DNA from: Planctomycetota bacterium
Lineage (GTDB): Bacteria; Planctomycetota; Phycisphaerae; Phycisphaerales; UBA1924
DNA length: 64,000 nt
Direction of reading: 5' to 3'
Assembly (NCBI GenBank): GCA_038525225.1
Contig: JBCBHW010000002.1
Coordinates: 488,007-552,006 of the forward strand
In this document: positions 32,913 to 40,668 of the stretch, piece by piece
How positions within the stretch are numbered: the first letter of the stretch is position 1
Layout of the letters: each line of letters begins with the position of its first letter
Program-made: the position numbers and the translations under genes
Notes under the pieces: model-generated
What the model saw: the letters and a program-made list of their open reading frames with translations, nothing else
Told to the model about the DNA's origin: nothing
Database searches by the model: none

Positions 32913-33848
32913 TCAGCGGGCCTGGTTGACCCAGCCGTAGGGCAGTGCGGACCGACCGGCGGGCACATTGTCACCCTGATCTGACCAAAGATTGTCCCAC
33001 TGGATGCGGTTGCCATTTCTTATGTCTTTGATCTTCACGTAGAAATCGTTGGCAGTAAAATCGCTAAAGTCATCCCAGACTTCTTCACCGCCAGGCCCGT
33101 CGGTCGGTTCAAAGATTTCAACAACGCCGTCGATCATCAGCAGATTGCCCCTGCCGCTGTGCCGCTGCGTGAACTGATCGTCGTTCGCCCACCGGCCGTC
33201 AAAGTCAATGGCACCGCCCTGTGGGACGCCGTTGTAGAAGAACGAGCTTTCTTCACCGAAGATAGGCAGTGTCCGCATGCTGAGTTCATTCGGCAGAAGA
33301 CGATCGATCTGTACCTGACTGAGCGTGCCGACAAAGTCTGGTGCGCTCTGCCCGTTGTGGCCTCCAGGCTCTCGGTTGAGCCTTCTCACAACCCACTGCT
33401 TCGACGTACGTGCCCCCTGAGCACCCTCAAGGAACGTAAAGTCGAAGTCGAGTTGGGCATTTTCGTTGGTGATGTTTGTCGTGGTGAAGTCTCGGCCGTC
33501 CGCCGACTGCCGCTTATTGGTCGGACACTCGGCTATTTCGTCGACATCTTCGACGTACTCGTACAGCGCACCCTGCCGGGGCTCTTCTCCGCTGCCAAAC
33601 CCGGGCTCGCCCTCGTCGTCGCCGATGCGGTTCCAGGTGTACGCGTCCCAGATCTGGTCCTTGTGATCGTTCGCGTAGAGGGCCGTGGCCTGCCCGATGC
33701 CGCGGAGGCGTGTCTGGCAGATGGTGTTCTGTGCCGTGGCGCGGGCCTTGCCGAGCGCAGGCAGGAGGATGCCGATGAGCAGCGCGATGATCGCGATGAC
33801 GACGAGAAGTTCGATGAGCGTAAAGCCGCGGCGGGTCGATCTGGGCAT
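32913..33848 (-). CDS. DUF1559 (H-X9-DG) protein with prepilin-type N-terminal cleavage/methylation domain
   Basis: ORF trimmed to [24 protein letters not shown] (ATG at 33848). AGGAG lies 6 nt upstream. C-terminal ...[14 protein letters not shown]. Confidence 0.8.
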   Translation of the reverse strand: MPRSTRRGFTLIELLVVIAIIALLIGILLPALGKARATAQNTICQTRLRGIGQATALYANDHKDQIWDAYTWNRIGDDEGEPGFGSGEEPRQGALYEYVEDVDEIAECPTNKRQSADGRDFTTTNITNENAQLDFDFTFLEGAQGARTSKQWVVRRLNREPGGHNGQSAPDFVGTLSQVQIDRLLPNELSMRTLPIFGEESSFFYNGVPQGGAIDFDGRWANDDQFTQRHSGRGNLLMIDGVVEIFEPTDGPGGEEVWDDFSDFTANDFYVKIKDIRNGNRIQWDNLWSDQGDNVPAGRSALPYGWVNQAR

Positions 33849-33983
33849 GTCCAACTCCTGAATCTCACAGCACGAGCGATTGTGCGCAAAAGCATACAAC
33901 CCCTACAAGACATATGGAAGTGGTTTTCGACTCAGAATGACGACGTCTTGACGGCTAACCCGTTGCAGGGGCCGCAAATAGGG

Positions 33984-33995
33984 ATACACGTGTAT
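33984..33995. promoter_or_regulatory. perfect 12-bp palindrome ATACACGTGTAT in the inter-paralog spacer (candidate operator)
   Basis: Located about 140 nt upstream of the 33848 start, in a locally GC-poorer spacer. Confidence 0.25.
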
Positions 33996-34036
33996 ACAGG
34001 ACGAAGGGGTGCCGATTTTTCTGCTCTTTCGCGCGA

Positions 34037-34864
34037 TCAGCGGGCGGAATTGAACTCGCCATAGGCCGTGAACCGGTTGTTGAACGAGTTGTCGAACACC
34101 AGCCGGCCGGCGGTATCGTCGATCCGAAAGTAGATGTCGTTGGCTCTGAAATCGGACCGGTTCAGCGTTTCCTCGTCATCGTCCGGGTTGAAGTCGAAGG
34201 CCTCGACGACGCCGTCGATCATCGCCATGTGGCCCCTGCCCTGATGCCGCTGCGTGAGCTGGTCGTTGTTGCCCCACCGGCCGTCGGTGGTGGAGTCGTT
34301 GAACCAGAACGTGCTCTCTTCAATGAACACGGGCATGGTGCGGAGGCGCTTGTCGGCGAGCAGGTTGTCGGCCGCGGAGGGAAGCAGGAAGTTCGGAGGG
34401 TTGTTGCCGGTGTACTTCGTGCGGTCGAGCCGGTAGACGTTCCACTGCTTGGCGACGTCGGCCCCGTTCGAGGCCTCGAACATGGTGAAATCAAAGTCGA
34501 CGCCGAGCTCGAGGTTGTCGAACAGGTCGCTGCTGTCGCGGCCGTCGCGCGAGCGGCGTTTGTTCTTCGGGCACGCCATGACCTCGCTGACGTTTTCGAC
34601 GTAGTCCCAGATCGCGCCGGGCTCGGGGTCTCGGCGTGGCCGATCGATGCGTGCCCAGCTGCCGGCCTCCCAGATCTTGCCCTTATGGTCGTTGGCGTAG
34701 ACATTGGTCGCAAGCGCGGCCTGGCGGAGCCGGGCGGCGCAAATCGTGGTCAGGCCCGACTCCCGCGCCGAGCTGAGCGCCGGCAGCAGGATGCCGATGA
34801 GCAGCGCGATGATTGAGATCACCACCAGGACTTCGATCAGTGTGAATGCCGAACGGCGGGGCAT
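34037..34864 (-). CDS. DUF1559 (H-X9-DG) protein with prepilin-type N-terminal domain, paralog 2
   Basis: MPRRSAFTLIEVLVVISIIALL. C-terminal ...QRHQGRGHMAMIDG. Confidence 0.8.
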   Translation of the reverse strand: MPRRSAFTLIEVLVVISIIALLIGILLPALSSARESGLTTICAARLRQAALATNVYANDHKGKIWEAGSWARIDRPRRDPEPGAIWDYVENVSEVMACPKNKRRSRDGRDSSDLFDNLELGVDFDFTMFEASNGADVAKQWNVYRLDRTKYTGNNPPNFLLPSAADNLLADKRLRTMPVFIEESTFWFNDSTTDGRWGNNDQLTQRHQGRGHMAMIDGVVEAFDFNPDDDEETLNRSDFRANDIYFRIDDTAGRLVFDNSFNNRFTAYGEFNSAR

Positions 34865-34926
34865 CGGTCGAACTCCGGGGGCCCGAGCGGAGAACCCGCC
34901 GAGCCGGATCGCGAGACACTCAGAAT

Positions 34927-34945
34927 ATCACAAACCCGGTGTGAT
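34927..34945. promoter_or_regulatory. inverted repeat ATCACA-N7-TGTGAT in the divergent promoter region (candidate operator)
   Basis: Located about 60-80 nt upstream of the DUF1559 start at 34864, between it and rlmN. Confidence 0.25.
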
Positions 34946-34997
34946 GCACGGGTAATCGCGCAGGACCGGGCTTGCTCGGCGCGATACCGTTCGCCCT

Positions 34998-36164
34998 GTG
35001 ATGTCCGATACCGGCCAACCCGACCGACTGCCCCATCCGTTATCGGTGACGTGCGAGTCGTGGTCGGACGCTTGCCGGCATCACCGCGGCGGCCGGCAGT
35101 GGGCGACGAAGGCGTACAAGAAGCTGTTCCGCGCCGCTGACAGCTCCGAGCTGGTCGAGCCGTGGCGCGGTTTCGACCCGTTCCTGCCGGTCGTGGGCGA
35201 GCAGGTCTCGCCCAGCGACGGGCCCGAGGGCGACACGGTCAAGATCCTGACCGAGATCGATGCGTACGCCGGCGGTCGCACGGCCGCCGAGCGCGATGCC
35301 GCGGCACACGGCCGAACGCTGCCCGTGGAGTCCGTCGTCATCCCGATGATCGGGCGCAAGGGCGAGCTGACGTACACGCTGTGCGTCTCGAGCCAGGTCG
35401 GCTGCGCGATGGGGTGCGGGTTCTGCGAGACGGCGCAGATGGGGCACGTGAAGAACCTGCGTGCCGAACAGATCGTCGCGCAGTGGTTCACCGCGCAGCA
35501 CGGCCACGGCGCGACGCACGGCAAGCGCATCAAGAACATCGTCTTCATGGGCATGGGAGAGCCCTTGGACAACGCCGACAACGTGATCCGGGCGATCGGC
35601 GTGCTCAACGACCGCTCGGCGGCGAACATCGGCATGCGGTGCATCACCGTGAGCACGGTCGGCCGGGTCGACGGCATCCGCAAGCTCCGCAGGCAGTGCG
35701 AGCAGCACGGCTGGCGAAGGCTGGGCATTGCGATCAGCGTGAACGCGCCGAACGACGAGATCCGTGACACCATCATGCCGATCAACCGCAAGTGGAACAT
35801 GGCCGAGCTGCGCGAGAGCCTGATCGGTTTCCCACGGTCGGGCCAGAACCGGATCATGATCGAGTACGTGCTGATCCCGGGCGTGAACGACCGCCTCGAG
35901 CACGCGGACGAGCTCGCGGACTACGTCTCGCCGCTGCTGTGCGCGGTGAACGTGATCCCGTACAACCCGCGGCGTGACTCGCCGTGGCCCGCGCCCGAAG
36001 AGTGGGCGGTGGACGCGTTCGTCGAGCGGCTGCGCTCGCGGAAGGTGTTTACCAAGCGGCGCAAGACCAAGGGACGGGACCAGATGGCGGCGTGCGGGCA
36101 GCTTGGGACCGAGCACATCCGCGGGCGGAAGCTTGTGGGCGTGACAACCAACGCGAGCGAGTAG
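34998..36164 (+). CDS. rlmN: 23S rRNA (adenine2503-C2)-methyltransferase / tRNA m2A37 methyltransferase (radical SAM)
   Basis: Radical-SAM cluster motif CVSSQVGCAMGCGFCET. C-terminal ...DQMAACGQL typical of RlmN/Cfr. Confidence 0.85.
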   Translation: MMSDTGQPDRLPHPLSVTCESWSDACRHHRGGRQWATKAYKKLFRAADSSELVEPWRGFDPFLPVVGEQVSPSDGPEGDTVKILTEIDAYAGGRTAAERDAAAHGRTLPVESVVIPMIGRKGELTYTLCVSSQVGCAMGCGFCETAQMGHVKNLRAEQIVAQWFTAQHGHGATHGKRIKNIVFMGMGEPLDNADNVIRAIGVLNDRSAANIGMRCITVSTVGRVDGIRKLRRQCEQHGWRRLGIAISVNAPNDEIRDTIMPINRKWNMAELRESLIGFPRSGQNRIMIEYVLIPGVNDRLEHADELADYVSPLLCAVNVIPYNPRRDSPWPAPEEWAVDAFVERLRSRKVFTKRRKTKGRDQMAACGQLGTEHIRGRKLVGVTTNASE

Positions 36165-36165
36165 G

Positions 36166-38661
36166 GTGGCGAGGCGTCGAGGCTGGGTCTGGTCGATCGT
36201 TGTGTGCTTCTATCTCGTTGGGCTTGTGCTCACGAGCCATGCCAACACGGCATCGCGCAAGGGCAACCGCCAGCCGATGCAGACGTTCGTCGACGCTGGG
36301 CGCGCCGTGTGGCTGCCGCCCATGACGAGCGAGGGCCCCGTCGATGGACTCGAGCAGAGCGCGCGGCTCGGACAGTCCTTTCAATCGTGGGGCGACCAAC
36401 GCGGGATCGCACCGGTCATCCTGCTGCACGGATCTCCCGGTGGATACCAGAACTTCGTCGGCTCGCGGTCTCGCCCCGGACTCGGCGAACTCGTTGCCGA
36501 AGGCCGTCGATCGTTCGCGCTCGATCTGCCCGGCATGGGCCTGAGCCGCCGAGATCCGCCGACGTGGTCGGCGCGATCTCACGCGCATGCCGTGCTGGCG
36601 TTTATGGATGAAATGGGCGTAAAGCGTGCGCACATCGTCGGCTGGTCGAACGGCGGCGCAGTGGCGCTCAATATGGCGGATATCGACGCCGATCGGGTCG
36701 CATCGATTGTCATGCTCGGCTCGGTCGGAGCCCAGGAGACGGAAGGGTCGGGCAGCTACTGGTTCGAGCAAGCGAAATACGAGATTGGCATCGGCGCGAC
36801 GCACGTTGCAGAGCGACTGCTGCCGCACTTCGGCCTGCTCGATCTGCGTGATCTTCGGCGTGGGCTTCGCAACTTCGATGACACCGACCAGCGGCCGCTG
36901 GCGGGCATCATGCGCGAGCTTGCCACGCCCACGCTAATCCTGCACGGGCGGAATGACTTTCTGGTTGCTGACTGGGCGGCCGAGTATCACCACGAGCTGA
37001 TGCCGACCTCGACGCTCGTCATAACCGACGACGATCATTTCATGCCGTTCCTGGCGGCGGAAGAGACGGCCCAGCACATCGGCGCGTTCATCGAGCGGTT
37101 CGATGACCCGGCGGCGGTGGCCGAACGCGCGACCGTGGATCTCGCGCCGCGGGTCAAGCCGTTTGGTGATGCGGGCGATGCGGCGCTGCATTGGCTGCAC
37201 TTTGCGCCGGTGTTGCTGGTGCTTCCGCTGGTGACGCTGGTGGGCTGGGTGCGGCCCGGTCGTGCGTGGGTGGCCGTGTTGGTCGGCGCAACAGAGCTCG
37301 ACATCGGTGTCGCATGGCTTGGCCTCGCGGTCGGAGAGGGCGTGCGAGCTGTGCGGCATGGGCGCGGGCAGAAGGTCTCCGCCTGGCTTGGATTGCTCGT
37401 GCGGCCTCTTGCAGCGCTCGGGCTTGGGTTTGTGTTTGTGCAGCTTGTGGCGAGGCCCGTGATCCGGCTCGGCCCAGACTGGGCGCATGGCATTGGCTGG
37501 CTGCTCGCCGTCGCTGTGCTTGTGATAGTGATGCGCGCGCTGCCGGTGCTGGTGCGCAACATCTGGACGATGCGCGGTCGGCAGCGGTTGCGGGCTTCGG
37601 TCGCTCGTCTTCTGCACCACGAGTGGTGGCCAAGTTGGGCGTTGTACCTGCCGCTTGTGCCGTGGTTCGTTTGGCAAAGCGTGAAGCACCGGCACCCGCT
37701 CGTGTTCACCGCGTGCAACCCGGGGATCGCCAACGGCGGCGGGCTCGCGGGCGAGAGCAAGAGCGAGATCCTGGACGGCCTGCTCGCGTCGGGCGACCGG
37801 CGCGTGCTGTTCGGCGTGCGGCTGCCGAATGACGGAACGCCCGAAGAACGAACGGCATGGCTGATGCAGCAACTCGACGACGAGCCTCGGCTCGGCGGGC
37901 TGCCGATCGTGATGAAGCCCGACGCGGGCGAGCAGGGGCGAGGGATCAAGGTCTGCCGATCGCGCGAAGATATCGAACGATTGGTTGCGGATACATCCGG
38001 TCCGATTCTGGCGCAGCGGCTCAGTGATCGGCCGAACGAGGTCGGGGTGTTCTTTGTGTGCGACAGTGCGGCCGGGCGGGTGTTCTCCGTCACACGCAAG
38101 GTCTTTCCCGTGCTGACTGGCGACGGAAAGCGAACCCTCGAACAGCTTGTCTGGCGACACAAAAGATTCCGAGGCCAAGCCGAGACGTTTCTCGAGCGGT
38201 TTGCCGATCGGCGAGACGAGGTACTCGACGACGCTGAAGAACTCGTCCTGTCATGGGCGGGGAACCACCGGCAGGGCTGTCAGTTTCGGAATGCACCGGA
38301 GCTGATGACGCCGGGTCTTGAGCGGGCAATTTGTGAGATCGCCGATGGCTTCGCAGGGGTCAACGGCGGCGGGCTCGATTTCGGTCGCTTCGATCTGCGG
38401 TACGACCACGAGGACGCGCTCGCGGCGGGCGAGTTCGATGTGATCGAGGTCAACGGCACGTCGAGCGAGTCGACCACGATCTACGACCCGCGCAGATCGC
38501 CGTGGTTCGCCTGGCGGACGCTGATGCGGCAATGGTCGATCGCGTATGCGATCGGAGCACGCAACCGCGAAGCGGGGTACAAGCCGTTGTCGTTCGTTCA
38601 GGCGCTTCGGCTGGTGCGCGCGCATCTCCGCGAGCGCGAGTCGCTGGGCGCGAGCAGCTAG
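36166..38661 (+). CDS. tri-domain membrane protein: N-terminal signal/TM + alpha/beta-hydrolase, central polytopic membrane segment, C-terminal ATP-grasp ligase domain
   Basis: GTG start 1 nt after the rlmN stop. Residues ~60-300 carry the alpha/beta-hydrolase nucleophile elbow HIVGWSNGGAVA. Residues ~330-510 form several hydrophobic helices. Residues ~560-800 are ATP-grasp-like (LPIVMKPDAGEQGRGIKV ... FDVIEVNGTSSEST). Confidence 0.7.
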   Translation: MARRRGWVWSIVVCFYLVGLVLTSHANTASRKGNRQPMQTFVDAGRAVWLPPMTSEGPVDGLEQSARLGQSFQSWGDQRGIAPVILLHGSPGGYQNFVGSRSRPGLGELVAEGRRSFALDLPGMGLSRRDPPTWSARSHAHAVLAFMDEMGVKRAHIVGWSNGGAVALNMADIDADRVASIVMLGSVGAQETEGSGSYWFEQAKYEIGIGATHVAERLLPHFGLLDLRDLRRGLRNFDDTDQRPLAGIMRELATPTLILHGRNDFLVADWAAEYHHELMPTSTLVITDDDHFMPFLAAEETAQHIGAFIERFDDPAAVAERATVDLAPRVKPFGDAGDAALHWLHFAPVLLVLPLVTLVGWVRPGRAWVAVLVGATELDIGVAWLGLAVGEGVRAVRHGRGQKVSAWLGLLVRPLAALGLGFVFVQLVARPVIRLGPDWAHGIGWLLAVAVLVIVMRALPVLVRNIWTMRGRQRLRASVARLLHHEWWPSWALYLPLVPWFVWQSVKHRHPLVFTACNPGIANGGGLAGESKSEILDGLLASGDRRVLFGVRLPNDGTPEERTAWLMQQLDDEPRLGGLPIVMKPDAGEQGRGIKVCRSREDIERLVADTSGPILAQRLSDRPNEVGVFFVCDSAAGRVFSVTRKVFPVLTGDGKRTLEQLVWRHKRFRGQAETFLERFADRRDEVLDDAEELVLSWAGNHRQGCQFRNAPELMTPGLERAICEIADGFAGVNGGGLDFGRFDLRYDHEDALAAGEFDVIEVNGTSSESTTIYDPRRSPWFAWRTLMRQWSIAYAIGARNREAGYKPLSFVQALRLVRAHLRERESLGASS

Positions 38662-39686
38662 TCGCTTGGGGCTCCGAGGATACGGAGCTTGAGCTCGTCG
38701 CCGGCGATCGCGATGCGGGAGCCGTCGTCGCTCGCGGCGATCGCGCGGACCTTGCCCGCGTCGGCTTCGTACATGCTCGTTTCGGCGTGGCCTGCGATCG
38801 GGAGGACGGCAACGCGTCGGCCGCTGTCAGCGATAAGGACGCGGTCTTTGCCGCAGAGGCACGCGTGCGCGGGCTGGGCCGGGGCCTTAAAGCTGCCGAC
38901 GGTTGCGCGGCGTTCGGCGTCCCAGACGGTGAAGGTCTTTGACGCGTCGTAGGTGGCGATGCGGTTGGCGTCGAGCTGGATCATGCCGCGGATCGCCGAG
39001 CGCGTTGGGCGTTGGCTCGCGCCGGGTTTGTCGAGTGTCTCATCGAGCAGCAGCAGCTTGTTTGCCCCTGCGACGATGAGCGAGCCGGCGGCGAAGGCGA
39101 GCCGGGAGCGGTCGTCGGCTGGCACGCTCCATTTGCGGATAACCTCGCCCGTGAGCAGGTCGTACAGCGTGACGGTGTGATCGGCGGCGAGTGTGGCGAC
39201 GCGGCCCAGCGTGGCGTCGACGACGGCGTGCCGGATGGGTGACGCCGTCTCGCCGGCTTTGGTTGCCGCGGTGATCAGGCCGCCCAGCGGGACAACGACG
39301 GCGACCAGTTCCCTCGCGACCTTTACGGTATTGCCGACCGTCTTCACGAGACCCGTCGGTGACTGCGCCGACTCGAGCAGCGCCTGGACCGTGGTGAACC
39401 GGCCTGTTTCTTCGCTCGATTCGAGATCAACCAGCCGGGCGCTGCCGTCTTCGGCGGCGAACAGGACCCCCTGCTGGTCGGGCCAGAAGCACGCGTACCG
39501 AACGGCGGCGTTGTGGCGGTAGAGCGCGGCCTCGGCGGACTCTTCGCCGAAGACGGTCCAGACCGCGATCGCGCCGTCGCGCCCCGATGACAGCACGACG
39601 TCGTTGCGTCCCGGCGCGAACGCGACGCTCGTGATGCGGTCGCGGTGGCCCGAGAGCGTGGCGATGTCGTGCAGGTCGGTTGGCAT
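38658..39686 (-). CDS. WD40-repeat protein
   Basis: C-terminal part of ORF 38658..40529. Repeated ...SGHRDRITSVAFAP.../...VTLYDL.../...FTVWDA... blades. The start is uncertain (ATG at 39686, or ATG at 39785 which would overlap pdxH by 28 nt). Confidence 0.55.
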   Translation of the reverse strand: MPTDLHDIATLSGHRDRITSVAFAPGRNDVVLSSGRDGAIAVWTVFGEESAEAALYRHNAAVRYACFWPDQQGVLFAAEDGSARLVDLESSEETGRFTTVQALLESAQSPTGLVKTVGNTVKVARELVAVVVPLGGLITAATKAGETASPIRHAVVDATLGRVATLAADHTVTLYDLLTGEVIRKWSVPADDRSRLAFAAGSLIVAGANKLLLLDETLDKPGASQRPTRSAIRGMIQLDANRIATYDASKTFTVWDAERRATVGSFKAPAQPAHACLCGKDRVLIADSGRRVAVLPIAGHAETSMYEADAGKVRAIAASDDGSRIAIAGDELKLRILGAPSD

Positions 39687-39757
39687 GCGCTTGGAAACTC
39701 GCAGCGAGGCTCGGTCCTGATCGCGGTACTCGGGCACATCCGAGTCCGACTTCAGCG

Positions 39758-40507
39758 TCAAGGCTGAAGTCTCGTGCGGGCCCATGACCCGCCCGCGAAG
39801 CCGTCGCCCGCGGGTGTGAGTTCGCGGGTCCATTCCGCGCGGTCGTGGAACCGGCCCTTGCCGCCGATCCAGAGCTCGACGCGCTGGGCCCAGATCCGGA
39901 AGCCCCCCCAGTGCGGCGGGCGTGGGATGGTGATGCCGTCGCCCGGCTCTTCGCCGGCGACGACGCTCATGGGGACGCCGAAGCGGTCGAGCACATCGCT
40001 GTACTGTTCGAGGAGCTGCTCGCGCGTCTCGACGGGCCGGGACTGGTTGCTGGCCCACGCGCCGAGGCGTTTGAGGATGTGCCTGCTGTTGAAGTAGGCG
40101 TCGCTCTCCTCGGCCGGGCTCTGGGTCACGGGGCCCTCGATGCGGACTTGACGGTCGAGGGCGTCCCAGTGGAAGCAGGCCGCGGCGACAGGCTTGGCCC
40201 GGAGCTGGCTGCCCTTGCCGCCCTCGTAGTTCGTGTAGAACACGACCCTGCCGGTCTCGGAATCGGAGTCGGTCTGGTAGCTCTTGCAGAGCACGATTCG
40301 GCTGGACGGTGTGCCGTCGGCCTTGAGCGTGGCAACGTTCATGGCGTTGGGGTTGTCGGTGATCGGCCCGCCGTCCGGGCCGGCGGTGTGGGCGTCGGTC
40401 CACCACTGTTTGAAGATGTCCCACGGGTGTTCGGGGAGCGATTCGGGCAGGGTGCCGCCCTCGGCGAAGGGGTCGTCGGCGACGGTGATGGGCGTGCGTT
40501 CGGGCAT
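39758..40507 (-). CDS. pdxH: pyridoxamine 5'-phosphate oxidase
   Basis: RIVLCKSYQTDS...GRVVFYTNYEGGKGSQL and C-terminal WGGFRIW. Confidence 0.85.
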   Translation of the reverse strand: MPERTPITVADDPFAEGGTLPESLPEHPWDIFKQWWTDAHTAGPDGGPITDNPNAMNVATLKADGTPSSRIVLCKSYQTDSDSETGRVVFYTNYEGGKGSQLRAKPVAAACFHWDALDRQVRIEGPVTQSPAEESDAYFNSRHILKRLGAWASNQSRPVETREQLLEQYSDVLDRFGVPMSVVAGEEPGDGITIPRPPHWGGFRIWAQRVELWIGGKGRFHDRAEWTRELTPAGDGFAGGSWARTRLQP

Positions 40508-40668
40508 AGCGAATGGTACGACGGTTCACGAGGGGTGGATGTTCTGTGGATTGCCGCGAACGAGGCGGGGAACCGACAACAAAGTCGGCAGATCACGACA
40601 GATGCGGGGATGGGTCGGTGTGGGCGTGAGTACGCTGAAGGTCTACCCGAGCGCACGGAGGCAGGGGC

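Noticed and set aside
36049-36828. 259-aa minus-strand ORF spanning the rlmN/fusion-protein junction
   Set aside because: It is antisense to two well-supported + strand genes.
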